A stretch of DNA of 64,000 nucleotides from Takakia lepidozioides. Taxonomy: Eukaryota > Plantae > Bryophyta. Both the position numbers and the translations under genes were made by a program. Of this stretch, positions 46,008 to 59,906 are shown in pieces; positions within the stretch are counted from its first letter, which is position 1, and each line of letters starts with the position of its first letter. The stretch spans positions 40,858,001-40,922,000 of the forward strand of contig CM060734.1 in assembly GCA_030704615.1 (NCBI GenBank), given 5' to 3'. Under the pieces are notes generated by a model, which did no database searches, was not told the DNA's origin, and saw only the letters and a list, made by a program, of their open reading frames with translations.

Positions 46008-49000
46008 ATGTATCGGGCGATCCATAGCGTGAGGCCCTTGCGGAGACATTGGCCTCTCTGTCAGACAGCATGGTTATCCCCACTTCTACAGGCTTGCAGG
46101 ACCTCCACAAGGCGCCACACTACAAGTTCTGCTCCATGCCCTCCGGTCGATCAGAGTTTCTCCGCCAATCATGTTGCAAAAGATGGCAGAACCTTTCGGT
46201 TTGCAACTGTAGTGGTGCGGTCAATGAAGGAGGGAGACTCACCCCTTGGGGCTTGGGCGCATGCTTGCTCTCTCATAGGTCCTGGCTCTGCAACTCTGGC
46301 TGTCGCCTTCATTTCTAAACCAACCAAATCCGCCCTGCATGCCGTCCAGGAGATTGCATCGCAGCTGTCGAATTGCAAGGGAAAACCTCTCTCTCCTCCT
46401 CCTCCTCAGCCCCCATCTTCAGTAAGTAAGCTGGATTATAGTGTGGCACTTTCTGGATATACTTGCAGGCAGACAATATCTCCACAGTGTTGCAGTATAG
46501 ATTCAACGAACCCACAGAAAACTACTGTAACCTGGGGGACTCAGAAGTCTTGTGAATCTTCCTATCCTCTTCTGCATAACACTAATCCCTGGTCGACTTT
46601 CCCCACAGCTGTCATTGCAAGGCATTTTGATTCCAGTGCCAATTGCAGTTCTAGCACACTGGGTGCCCCTGTTGGTGGCTCTCCGACAGTTGGGGCCGAC
46701 TTTGCTGAGATTGTTCCATTCATAGGTTGTGTTGCTGAGGGCTTGGGTGAGAAATTTGGTGAGAAATTTGGATGGGACTGCCAGTCCATGGGAGCTGTCC
46801 ATGAATCACAGAGTAAGAAACATTCACACTTAAATGGAGGCAGCCCTGCCAGCAGTGCCCACTCAATGGAGAGGGATCTACATTGTAGAAGTGACATTAT
46901 AACAAGCTATGCAGGTGCTATTAAAACACCAGTCTCAGAGGTTGGGGCATCAGGCCGACTGACTGCGGCAGTAGTAGGGGTGGAAGGAGTCTGCCAAATC
47001 CCGGTCGAAGGATTTTCGTTGGGTGCTCAAGGTAGAGCAATTTGTGATGCTACACAATTAGGGTTCAAACTAGCCCCATTGAGGGGATTTAGTGGGAAGG
47101 GGGATACTAGGCATGATGACAAATCGATTCGTTCAGACTCGGCAGGTATATGTGCCAATCACCTTGAATTGAAAGGGAAACGTATGGGCAGCCGTGACTG
47201 CCATGAGAAGACAAAGGTGGAAAGTAGGGGAATACCAGGTGCTGAGGTGGATGGTCGGCAAGTGACACTTGCTATTGTGAAACAATTTGTTGTGGATAAT
47301 TTGAAGGAGTTGCCAGATCCAACTTTGGTAGATGACCTCAACAATAACTTGTCGTTGCCCAGGCGGCAGGGTGAGGAGACAATCCTGGAGTGTGACCAAC
47401 GTCACGACTTCACTGCAGGTTGGTGTTTGACAATGCCATAGCTTGTGAAATTCAAAGCTTTACCCTGCTTGTTACCTTTCTTTGAAATTGAATCTGCTTA
47501 TGTCCTTCATGGTGGACGTATATTGCATTTTCCATTGCTTTGATTCCAATCAGAGCAGTATGATTTAAGTTGATGAGTATCTGAGAACAGCAGTCATTGG
47601 AGGAGGAGGAGGAGCTCCGAGCAGACATACCGCTATAGGAGAGCGAGAGCTTATTATTCCTCTTAAGGAAGTAGTCGAGGCCCCAGATGCAGGGTCAAAT
47701 TCAGGCACAGATGAAGATGAAAAGTATACAATGGTGCTTTGTGTGGGACATATGCCAGGAACACAGGCAGTTGCTTTTGTTTCACCCACAACTGGGATGC
47801 CCTACCTACCCAACATTGAGAGGGCAGTGACTGTCAATAACCCCCACATTCTCATGTTGGGTGCCCCAGGTCAGTTCTTTTCCTTCCATTGGGAAGACCA
47901 AATAAATGGGTTGGGAGAATTATGGTCGAAGGTCATTATTGTCAGACTACTGGTGTGCTGTACATATTCTTTCTGTCTATCAATCTGTGACTTTTTGCTC
48001 AACATCTACTGGTTTCAAACTCACCTAATTTGTTGAGAGTTGCTAACCAGGGAACACTACTTGGCTCCGGATGTTCTGTGTCTCTGGTTGTTTGGGCCTC
48101 CCGCAGATTTAAGAAGTTTATTTGCCTTTCTTTCTTTCTTTGCAAGTTTTGGTCCATTTGTCTCATTGTAGATGGTTGCAGGTTTTGGGTTTCCCGAGTT
48201 TAACCAGAGACTTTCCACGGTGTTCCCAGAGAGCTGCAGGTGGGTTCCATAATCAGTTACTGGCACTCATATGGGTTGAAAGTTTCTATTGTCATGCAGA
48301 AGTAGAGAATTCTTCTCTTCAGGAAGAAAGATGCATAGATCTGGGTCTCTGCTAAGATCTAATGATTGCTTACTACTTGTCTAGTGCAGTGCATATTATT
48401 GCCATGGAGGAAACGTGTAGGACTTTTTGCATTACAACTAGTAGCAGTTTCAGTTCTTTTGTAGAGATTTGTGGTCACTACCACCCCTGAATCTTACTCA
48501 TTGTGGGACTTACCTCCATTACAAGAAAAACTTTATAACGTCCATGGCAAGAGAATGTACTCATAAGACGTTGTTTGCCGTAGCCTTGTGGCCATAGACC
48601 CTGCGCCCAGTTTGGGGGAAGAGAGAGAGAGGAAGAGGGTCAGAGTGACTTACAAGTGATGCTACCCAGGCTTCAGAGCAGGTGCATTTCAGGCCCCTTT
48701 GTTTGGCACCATCCGCAACCCAGGGACCAGACTCGCTGAGCAGAAATCTCGTCCTCTCTTCTATGGCACCCACAGTATTACGAAGGGTGTTGTTGGCCTG
48801 GCAGTTTCTTCAGAAGGTACTACAATTTGGTTGTGTCAGATGTCTTCTGGTTCTCAGATGTACTAGTACTAACCCTTCCCCTTTATCCAAGTGCCTACTT
48901 ACTCATGAGATGTTTGCCGTAGCCTTGTGGCCGTAGACCCTGTGCCCAATTTGGGCAGAACAAGAGGGAAAGACACAACCTTTATGTGGGGCTCACTCCA

Positions 49001-52000
49001 GTTGTGGGACTTACCTTGGCAAGTCTCAGCTAAGAGAGAGACTTAGACAGAGAGCAGAAGCATATAACTGCTGCAACTGTGGGTTGGACAGAGGGAGCAG
49101 GTGAAGTACCTGTGGATGCCTTTGCACAATTTGTACGAATGTCTTTGGGGATGCCTCGCATCTCTGGTTATACATTTCTCGAGTAATGGGCGCATCCCTT
49201 CTCCCTTCGATAATGTCAAATGGATTTCCATACAGTTGTGGGGTTATATGTTAACACATCAGAAGGAAATATGTGCAGGACTGCAGATGAAAGGGAGGTC
49301 TTCATATAGTTGAGTACTTACTGAAACATCTCCTCAGTGGAACTTATTTCATACTATTGGCTTTACATTGCAGTGAGGATGTGAGTGCAAGCCTGTTTCT
49401 TCCTCGCAATATGGTTCTTGACAAAATGCAGCTGCAATCAGAAAGGAGGACTACTCGAAGTATCATGGCAATATTGGACCAATTGAGCTCCTACCTCCTA
49501 CAAGTGAGCTGTGTGCCAGATGGTAACAATGCACTGCCTCAGAAAATCCCCGATGAGAGGAAGATTGATGGCAAAGAGGCTTTGAGTTTTGAGGAAGCAC
49601 TCACAAGTGTTTCTCTACCAAGGGCTGATGCTCACACACCCATTGGGGGTGATCAATCAAAGAACGAGGGAAGGCCCATGCCTTTCATCTCACCACAGTC
49701 TGGGATTGTGAAAGACAGGGGTCTTGAGGGCAAAGAATCAGGGAGATCTTCCCAGCCTGCTGTGGGAGGGAGTGGAGCCTTTGCCAGGGTTCCACCTGTT
49801 TGTGACCAATCAGGAGACTCAGAAATCGTGCCACTAGCATTATTTGATTGTGTGTTGTTTCCTGGGTGGTCCATGCCCTTTCACATCTATGAGCCTTGCT
49901 ATCACCTAATGGTTAGTATTCTTATTCACCTTCTTCTGCACTATGTTGGAGATTAAAATCTAATGTCAGTATACAGATTAACGATCTTCTTCCCTTTCAG
50001 AAGTTTTCAGGCAATGAGGATAGCAAAGAGACATCTGGCCGATATACCAGGTGGTTGATTCATGAACCTCCCCTCACATCCCTATACCTGAGCGGACCAA
50101 ATAAACGCTCTCCTAATCGTTGTAAACTTTTCCTTTCTTTTGAGGGCCCACTTTCTTTTTCGAATCCTGATTGCTTTTGTCTCATAAGCACTTCAAGCTT
50201 CCTATGGACATCACAACGTCTCTTTCTTTTTGGACTGCTTGTGGAGGGCCCCTCTCTCTCTCTCTTGTTTGTTTCTTTCTCTCGTATACACTATTTGAGC
50301 TTTCCGTGGATGTTATTAAGTACCATTTCATTTCTTTCCTTCTTCTCTTTTGTGTGAGGTTTCTGTAATGTAGGCTTCCTGTGTATGATTTGATCTTCAT
50401 TCGTTGTTTCTCTCCCTGCTCTGTATATGCTACCTGAATCGCTTTGATTTCTCACTGTTCATGAGCAGGTTCGGCAGTGTGTGGAGCAAGGAAAGCCATT
50501 CGGGCTATTGAGTATGTGTACCACTTCTTGGAACTCCTCTGATGCTGACAAAGAAGAAGTTATCGGCACTGTCGCAGTTTGTTTCCCATCTCTTTCTTCT
50601 ACAGGATCCGGTGCTTTGCTTTTCTTGGCCAGTGAGTAGCAGCAGAACCCTTCGTATGGTTCACAAAGAGAGGAAGATAGATAGAAACTCTATAACATCC
50701 ACAGGGGCTGAGGGCCCATGATACACAGTAGAGCAACAAGAAACCACCTCAGACAGCACACTGTGTAATTGTCGGGGGTCCGGAGGAAATGAAGAATTTG
50801 AAAGGAATCGGGCCACGGTGTGTGCAGAACTTGAAGGTGTACATGTTTCAGAGAGATTGCCAATCGTTCATAATCGGACGTGGCATTCGGCGATTTCGAT
50901 TGCGAGACAAGAGGTATAACCAGAGACTCTTTCCACTTGGATTTTGAGATGTTTTCTAGTCCTGATCACAACAAAATTGTCTGTTGGTTGGGGAACATTG
51001 TGAAGCTTCAGTTCTTCTCGAGTCAACTCTTCTTTAACTTTGTTGCGCTCTGAAATGTTCTAGAGTGCAAAGTCATCCGTCAAATCATTGGGATGCATTT
51101 CTGTGGAGGCACAAATTATGGCCTGCTGCTCATTGGATAAGTTGGCTGACCCAATGAATATTAGCTTCTGTAAGGATATTGAGGGACGGTCCAAAGAATT
51201 GTGGGGTTGGACCAAAAGAACATGACCCTTCACATCCTCAATTGGACTAATCAGAAATCAACTGGCAATGCCCAGGTAGTGGATTAAATGTTGCTTTTGT
51301 TCTTTTTGAAGTGGAGAACTGAGCTTTGTGCATTTTTCTTCTTGTTTGTAAGAAAAGGCTTGAAAAGAACATGTCATTGGGCTGTTCTCTTCGTGTATAT
51401 TGTTTCCCTTATGAAAATGAAAGGTTCAGTTGACTGGCATCAAACCGTGGGCGTGGGCAGGATGGTGCTCCAGCCATGCTCTTTCGGTTTGAACATGGGA
51501 CAAGTATGCTTTCTTCCCTGGTCTCTTCCTATGCCCTCTCTTAGTTCCTCATTCTGCCCCGTCCTGATCGGGTGTTGGAAAGTGGGACCAACGTAGAATT
51601 ATCTCTAAAAGAAATTTCTTTCTTTCTGGATGTCAAATTGTTGTTTTTTGCTTGCTTGTCTCGGAGCCCACTTCCTTCTTGCATTTACTTTCTTTGGCCC
51701 ATAAGCTCTTTAAGCTTCCAATGGATGCTATAAGGTTCCTTTTCCTTTCCTTTTGTCTCCATAGATGTTACTTCGGCAGAGATGTATATATGTCAATGTG
51801 AAATTCTTAACAACTAATTCAAAGTTGGTGGAAGTGTCAAGGAACCTCAGAACCTGTTATTAAGGCTATAAGATGGTTTCTGGACCAAGCCTTTTAACTG
51901 GTCTTAAGATATGAGCATCAAGCCCTTTTTCCCTTTGATATTTCCTTGCTTTCACCAAATAGCCTTCCTCTCTATCATGGGTTTGAAACATCTATTGTCT

Positions 52001-52884
52001 GTCCACCAACAGTGAGGCTTGACAATCACCTTTGCTGCCGTGATCGCCTGCAATGAGGCTGGGTTGCAGGTGGAGTACTTTGATGATGAACCTTGTGCAA
52101 GCCAGAGAGACCAGGACCTCCTTCTCGATCTCGCCAAGCGTGTGGTTGATATGTGCAAGCTCCTTGTTCCTGAGGTATACTATACTCTCTTTTGCTTGGT
52201 GGGCCACAGATTGTGAGCCCTCTTACTGTGCTATGTCATACTTTTCTGTCTCCCTATGGAGGCCCAGTAGTATTTCACTCTCAATGCACCTTTTTGCTAC
52301 TAAAGGTTTCGTGCCCTGTTTAGGCTTGTACATGGATGATGCTGCTTTAATGGTGTGTGGTGGCAGGCCCAGGTAGCACCAGGTTTAGTGGGATCTTTCC
52401 ATAATCCTGTGCTTGCTTCATTTGCTGTGGGCCATCTTTTGCAAGTCCCTGTAAGTCTTTCCCATCCCTCTTCAGAGATTGCTGATCACTGTGAAAGTTG
52501 TAAAGACAAGACTGGATGGTAGCTTACCTTCACAATGGAACCATGTTTGTGCAGCGACTTCTTTTTCCCTTGGGCTGCTTGTTGAGGGCCTCTTGAATTC
52601 TGCTTTTTTTTTTTTTGAGTTACCTGTGGACATTACGAAGTTGCCTTTCCCTTTCTTTCCTCTCTTTCTTCTGTCTATTTGAGCTTCCCTTGGACATTAT
52701 AAAGCATCATTTCATTTCATTTCATTTCTTCTGGCACCAACCCTATGAGCCTCCTGTGGGCTTGCAGAACCGGGTGAAGAAAAGGTGGTTGGGTATGGTG
52801 AGTACCAAGTATCGGCTGGTTGAGCAATTGCAGTTTTTGGAGGCCCAGGCTTTGATGAAAGATTTTTTCGATCAAGGTCCCTGA
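46008..52884 (+). CDS. multi-exon protein with FIST-N-like region and C-terminal LON peptidase substrate-binding (N-terminal-type) domain
   Basis: Long first exon from ATG 46008 with a transit-peptide-like start. FIST-like segments TLAVAFIS, PFIGCVAEG, MVLCVGHMPG, LSTVFPES, RPLFYG..KGVVGLAV. LON motif PLALFDCVLFPGWSMPFHIYEPCYHLM|VRQCVEQGKPFG, then GRGIRRFRL, VEYFDD and KRWLGMVSTKYRL to stop 52884. Internal exon boundaries are approximate; the FIST call is less certain than the LON call. Confidence 0.75.
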
Positions 52885-54173
52885 GCCCCATTGAGCTCCA
52901 AATGAAACTTTGCCACCTTCTCCAAGCATCCATGAATTAAGTTTCAAATATTTATCGCATCGAGTAAATATGGTTGACAATTATTGAAAATCCTGTAAAC
53001 TAGACTGTCACAGTTATTTTTGGCTTCCTCAATGGATTTCAATTGCTCAAATTTTTGAGTGGAAACAAGCACAGTATGTGTTGGACACATTTTTGCTGGT
53101 GTATTTGAAATTGTTAAGGATCAAATCTTGGGTAGTATCTTGGATTGTTGCATCTTCTGGAGGCTTCCTAGTGTTAGCACCCCTGTCTTCACTTTTGAAG
53201 ATGAGGACTGCCTTTGCTGGGTCTGCATCTTCAATTTACTGGAAGAATCTCAAAGGTCAAATGTGGTAACTCTACTGTTACCCTCTCGTATTTTTCTCAT
53301 ACTAACATCACTGGTGTTACAAACTACTTGACTTCGCCATGGTGTAAGATGCAAATTTGGACTTACACAGTTCTGTCATGTAAGTTTGTGAAGGGTCTTT
53401 AGTAAGTTATCTGGGTGACCTTGATTGCTTTTTATAAGCACTGATCCCTTCTAAGGCAACCAGGTTAATCTCTTCTTTCCCAGTTTCTTGTCCAGTAGGT
53501 ACTTGTCTGCAACGTCTAGGGCACTGGGAAGGTTCAGGGTGGCCTCACCTGGCCTAGTGCAGATAGACTGGTAGATGGGACAGCCTGGAGGGTGCTCACG
53601 TGCTCACCGCTTGAGCCCAGCTTGTGCTGGAGAAGACACTCAGCAGATTTCTTCTTTCCCGGTTCTGTACTATTGGATCTGGGGTCGCCTTGAGCTTGTT
53701 GAGTTCCTGTATGCTACACCCACACTACACCCACACTGTATGTAAAATTGAATATAATGGATCATCATCACGCTATTCCCACATCCAATCACAATTTCAA
53801 CAAATGTCCACTTTCGTTGAATACAAGTTCAAGGTCGAGTTCAAGGGCTGGGCTGTTTCCCTTTTACTTGAAAGAAAACAAACAAACAATGTGACAGCAA
53901 AAACCCCTGAATGCCCCCTCTGCAACCCTAAAATCCTCTCCATGCTGGTTTCTCATCTTCTGTCTCAGCTGTCTAATAACTCTCTCCGTGAATTCCTTAC
54001 CTTCACTTCGACGTCGAATGTTTTCGCTTTGCTCTTTTTGCATTAGCTCCGTCCTTCTCCCATCTCGAAATTCTCTAGCTTTTTTTTCTCTCTCCTGTAG
54101 CTGGACTCTATTGGAATTCTTACGAATGTGCGGCGAGGCAAGCAAGTACTAAGACCCGGGCAGGCTTTCAACT

Positions 54174-56630
54174 ATGGGGACTCCATCGACAGATGTACCC
54201 CAAGACTTTGTTCCTGACCCCCAGGTGCGGTCGCTTGGATTGTCATTGTGTATTTCATTATCTCGATTGGTACGGGGATTGGATTTATGCTCTGTGCCCA
54301 AGAGTTTGGGTGCTGGGTTGTGGTGAATACGATGGTTGCTACTTGCTTGGGTATGAAACCTGATATCATTGCCAAGCAAGCTCGGAACTGTATTGGTGTT
54401 GACAACCCTGAGATTTGGGGTCAAAGGAAAGAGATATTCTGAAATGCTAGTGCTTACTATTCAATCTAGTGCTTACTCTGATCTATATTTACAGAATGAG
54501 TAGGCCATATTTCCTACTTAGCTCTTTATGTTCCGTCCTTCCCTGCGATTGTTAGAGGGAGGTCCCAGCATGTATTACACCACGACTGTATGCAATCAAT
54601 TCATAGTTGCACTCTGGTCATCCCTCTCCTTTTAACATTTAGGAGTTAGCCTGATGGACCCCATGGTGTACTTCTCGGCGAGATTTCTCTTTAGGGATAT
54701 ACTTACACCAGATTTTACCGGATTCTGTGTAAATGTGCAAGCAGGTAGCAGCAATGAAGACCGAATTTGAGGAATGGGGGACCAAGACTACCATCGGGGT
54801 GTTGGCAGGCATGCTTTATGGGGGTTCTCGCGAGGCATTTCAGTCCTCGGTAGCTCTCTCTCCCTTCCTTCCCGATGTAATTTGGGCCAGGGTTCAATGG
54901 CTGCATGTAGGGCAATCACTATCCCACCCTCTCCCTCTCTTCCTCTCACGGGACATGGTTTAGGCTTCATGAAGCCCTGAGCTCCTTGCAAGAGTCCTTT
55001 TGCTTATTTCTAGGTTTATGCACGACCCCTGCTTTCTCCAATTTCTATCCTGTAGTGTCTCTTTGTTCACCCCTTAACCCTCTCTCTCCGTCTCCCTCCA
55101 AACTGCAGAGCATTAGCAGTGGTTCTGGAGGAGATATCATTTTGACTGACCTTATTTGCTACTAATTGTTTTTGGCTCAAGAATAGCAAGAGTTAACCTT
55201 GTCATGTATTTTAAATTTTTGTCGGCCACAAATTTTATGGTGTACCTATGTCTACTGGGTTTGACAGAAAGAGGAGGAAGCACTTTTACCATCTCCTAAA
55301 ATGAGAGATCAGGACTGGCGACAGCGAAGAAGAGCATTGAGAGAGTTGATGGAGTTGCGGGTCCTGCGAATTGCTCGTGGAACGGTATTGGGGGGCGCGA
55401 AGCTTGGGGCTTTCACTGCCCTGTTTTGTGGTGTGCAACATGGGCTTGCCGTGACCTACAATGGCCACAGCACTTACAACGTGGTGGCTGCTGGTGGAGC
55501 CACCGCCGCTGCTTTTGGTTTTACATGTATGGAAATATTTATTGCTCTCTCTCACATCTCCCATTGACATATCAGCAACAAAGATTTCTAGCCCCTGAAT
55601 CAATACGCCGAGCATGAACTCTAATGAAAGTTAATCTGAATTTGATACATGGTGGGGTAATTTGGGGCTCTTTCGGTAATTTGCAAGAACAGTGTCAAAT
55701 GTCCATTACGCCTGATGTGAACAAAAATCATTCAATGACTTCCATATTTCTTTAATCCCTCTTTCCCCATCTCCTTAACTGGGTGTGGGCACCATTCGAA
55801 CTGAACTTTGGCCACATGATGAGATGGCTGTGTTCTGGAGGGAGGTAGGTTCTTGTTTTCCACCCAAAAACCAGTTGGGTGACACAGGTGCGCGTGATTG
55901 ATTGGATATTGGTGGGTTCTGCTCACGGACAGTACCAGGGTCGTTGCTGCTGCGCATGCGTTCTGCAGTCATTGGCTCCCTTCTTGGAGCTGCCTTGTGC
56001 TTTCCCCTTGGTATTTCTTTTCTTTGGCTTCTCTTCAATTAATCTGGTTTTTGCGCATTCCCGTGTTCGCACTTTCTCTCCCTCTCATCTCCTCTCTCAC
56101 TCCCATGTGTGATGAGGTGGCTGGTTGACTTGTGACCTTTGAAGCTCTAACAGTGGTCAGACCTTGTTGGTTGGAAACTGTGTTGTTACTCAGGCCCTGT
56201 GGTGTGTTGCCCTGATTGAGCCAAAACCCAGCGGAGACTCATCTAGTGCGCTAATGCCCATGAGGGGTGAGGGAATGCATATCTTGGCCCCTCATTACAG
56301 AAGAAAGTCATGTATCCTGGGTCTATTGAGGCACCAGAATAATTTCTTGAGAGTTTGTTGTATAGAGAAGATGAAGATGGTAAAAATATAACTGGCTGCT
56401 GCAGAGGGACGAGATACTGAAGGTTTGATTTTGTCAGTTGATATCATATTGTGGGTTTGGCTATGTCAGGACTGTTACACTCCGCCCTCCAGAAGGAAGT
56501 AGCCTCAATTGAGAAGGAAGCCCTGCAGGCTCCACCAGCAGGAGAGATCATGGGGAATGGCATTGATAAGAAAAGTGGCGGGATTGATGCTGTAATACAG
56601 CGCCTTGAAAAGAGACTCTCTGACCGGTAG
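54174..56630 (+). CDS. Tim17/Tim22/Tim23-family membrane protein (TIMMDC1-like)
   Basis: Exons 54174-54224, 54745-54849, 55268-55526, 55933-56010 and 56470-56630 join in frame; glycine-rich helices GVLAGMLYGG, GGAKLGAFTALF, NVVAAGGATAAAFG, IGSLLGAALCFPLG. Confidence 0.85.
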
Positions 56631-57007
56631 CCTATCTGCAGTTTGAAAGGGTCGACAAAACTAGCTTGACTTGTTTTACTACATTTCAGCTTTTGATTGA
56701 TGTGGGCTAAAAAGGTGGTTTTGCCTGGCAACATGTAGAGTTCTTACTAGCGATTGTCAATGGAAAACATACTCATGACCAGAGGGATGGGGACAGATTC
56801 AAGCGCATGTTTACCAATTATGTTATGTGGGCTGGTATGAGGCAGTATAGTGCCTTACACTTTGGTCTACCCAGTTGAGATTTGCAAGACAGGTTTCCCC
56901 TTAAGATTCAATTTTACTCTTCAAATAAGGACAATCTAAAAATCAGCTTTTGCAAAAAAAACAACAACGGGTATAGTGACTGTTTTCTAGGTTACTGTTT
57001 TCCTTAG

Positions 57008-57310
57008 GGACAGCCAAGTTGTAGCCCAGGGGTAATGGGCACGTGCCACCTTGGAAGTGGTTGTGGTCTATCCACGATTGGTGTCACAAAGGTGTCCACC
57101 TTCCTGCCGGAATAGTGGCACTTATGTGTCACCCCGCCGGTGTTTGGGTCTCATTGGGTCTCAAATCCTGCTACATTGTCCCCTGTGGTATGGTTCACGG
57201 CGGTCAGTCTGGGGATACTTTCTCTTGCCTGCCACGTGGCTTATATGAAAGGGGGTTAATTTTTCTTCCTCCTGAATTGTGCCAAGCTGTAGCTCCCAGG
57301 TATTTCTTTT
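57008..57310 (+). mobile_element. composite SINE (family A head followed by family B body/tail)
   Basis: 57008-57110 matches family A; 57244-57300 ATGAAAGGGGGTTAATTTTTC...CTGAATTGTG...GCTCCCAGGT matches the 3' part of the family B copy at 10812-11056. Confidence 0.65.
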
Positions 57311-57539
57311 CTTACTGTAACAATTCTAGGCAGCTGCCCTGAGAATCTAGGTATGATCTGAAGGGTTGTCTGAAAATAACATTTTAAACTAATGGTCACT
57401 GTAATTATTGCCTCTCATTTTTTAATAATTGGGACTTGAATGCACCTATGGGCCCCGCCGGTACAGCCCATGGGGTGAGCTCATGAACCCACCCCGTCTA
57501 GATTTTGAATTTTTTCTAAGTCCTAGTTCTTTATTGGCG

Positions 57540-57780
57540 GCGGACCTTCTAGCGGACTAGCCAAACCCTCAACAGAGTGACTCCAACTGGCGAGCGGACT
57601 GACCAGCGGATTGGCGATTGGCGAGAGGACTGAGCAGCAGACTAGCGATTGGCGAGCGGACTGACCAACTGACTGGTGATTGGCGAGCAGCCTAAGTCGG
57701 TCTGGCAGACTGGCAAGCGGACTCACCAGCAGACTAGCGAGCGATGAGCGGACTCCAACTGGCGAGCGCCTAACTCCAAC
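57540..57780. repeat. degenerate tandem repeat (TGGCGAGCGGACT core)
   Basis: The core recurs about 6 times with variable spacers. Confidence 0.7.
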
Positions 57781-59566
57781 CTTGAGACCCTCCTCAAACA
57801 AAATATATTTTTATAATTAACACACATTACCACCACAATGTCACCTGCCAGGATTTGAACTACAAACCTCATATTCCTCACAAGTTGCTCTTTCCATCAC
57901 ACGCTTTCTGCAAACCCTTGAAAAAATTAATTATTTATCTATATATCTTCAGGTGTTTTGTGGGCCCAACATACTCACTCCCCCTCTAGCTTCCCTTGCG
58001 CGCGGCTAACCCGACCAGGTAGGGGTCGCCCCACCCTGCGCGATCCCCTGTGCCACCCGCGGGCCCCGCCACAACCACAGGTGCCCGCATTCAAGTCCCA
58101 ATTATCAAACAATGAGAAGCTTTTGCATTCTGCTTTTCAGAATGAAGGTGGGTCCCGACTCCTCTTTCTAGGGTCTACCACTGTCCTGTTTCGAAGTTCT
58201 GAAAGGGCACGCATTTTGATGGCAAGACCTTTTGTCAGTGAGCGACATTAATCCTCCACTGACAACAAATCTAGCACACTCTTCCAAACCTCCTTAAAAA
58301 GTACGTAGGCCTAGTTGCTTCAAGGATTGCTTCATGCAGTACATTCTGATGAGCCCCATTTGATTGGACACCAGTGGTTAAAAGAGAGAGTTGAATAAGT
58401 TAGTAACTGCAAGTGTCGGCGAGCTTGTTGCATATTTACAGACTGGCAAGCTAGCAACTTGATTGGATTCAATTGCATGGTGAACAGTCAGTCCCTCACG
58501 AGGAACAATTGTGGTTGTACCTGCATCTCCCATAAAGAAGGTAGGCCTGCAGCCCTCTCGAGTCTCTGCCAACCGAGGCAGGAGCAGCTCTTGTGAACCC
58601 TGCTGTGAGCATGAACCATGAACCTAGTTAGCTTTGCCCTTCACAACTGTTTCTCCACTCAAATCTCAGATTCTCGAGTCTTCTCCAGAATCCCAATTTG
58701 GGCGACTTTAGAATCGAAGGCTTACTCCATGTCAATAGCTGTCCACGGAAGCTGGGCCCAGCTAAGTTTGGTTGTTTCACGAGCAAATCTCGCTGCATAA
58801 GAGGTGACATCTTCAGACATTGCAGTCTGCAGAAGTCCAAAGAAACAAGCGTGAAAGGACAACTCGGGCCATCCGAGGGGGGTTACATCTACGACGCCCT
58901 TCCTTCGGAGATTCATGTACATACAGTTTTCGTTTTCGCTTGCGTAACAAACTCCCGTAATGAGTGAGAGCCGTAGGAGAGAAGGAGTATTTACGGTTAT
59001 GTGTAACGCGTGCAGTACGGTTCCTACCACCCTGGTACCTACAGTGGTTCAGGCATACTTAGGTCGGTATGTAGGTAGCTAGCTACCGGATACCGTTCGA
59101 TACGGAGTCAAAAGAATTCCCCGGCCCGTGACATTATGGATATTTTACCGAGACAATTTTAGCAAAGTAGAAGATTCGTGTGAAGGTGATGACCGGAGAC
59201 CGGTTGAAGTGGTGGTGCAAAAAGCGACGTCCTGTGGGACGGTGACTGCGCCACCCGTCCTCTATGTGTTGTCTATAAGTTCATGCAGCCCATCCCTCCT
59301 GCACTCTCTTTCTCGCCCAACACCTGCTTGCTTCGCCTCTTACACTACACCATCCTTGGCTGTGAGATACCTGTTCTCTCCTCTTTCCAGGTCACGCTTG
59401 TGCAGTAATATTTACCGAGCTTGTTGTTCTTTGATTCTCTCATTGGTACGTCGTCTACTCTCGTCCTCGGGGACACACGCGTACTGGGTCCACATGTTTT
59501 TCTTTCAGTGAGTCGTTCTTCGTGTTTCGTAGAATTGTCGGGGTCCCTAGAAGTCCTTAGTGGATT

Positions 59567-59597
<31 letters not shown>

Positions 59598-59906
59598 GCT
59601 CGTCCACATTTCGCTTCACGGTCGCCGGATGCTGTTACAGTCTGGCTTCCGGAGACCTCTCTTTGTGCGTGTATATCTCTCTGGACATCCACAGGAGCAT
59701 TACATTCGACTTTAGTTTTCTTTCTCGAGAAAGTGGTACTTTGTAATGTGGTCGTTATATTTGCACTGTTCGATGGGAAATGCAGACGAGTATGAGGTAG
59801 CTATGTGCATGCCTGCTAGGCTGTGGACAATTATCCGTATGAGATCCTCCTCAGGCGGGAGATAAGTTACAGGAAGGCGCGAGAAGACGGATATACTTAC
59901 AAAGCA

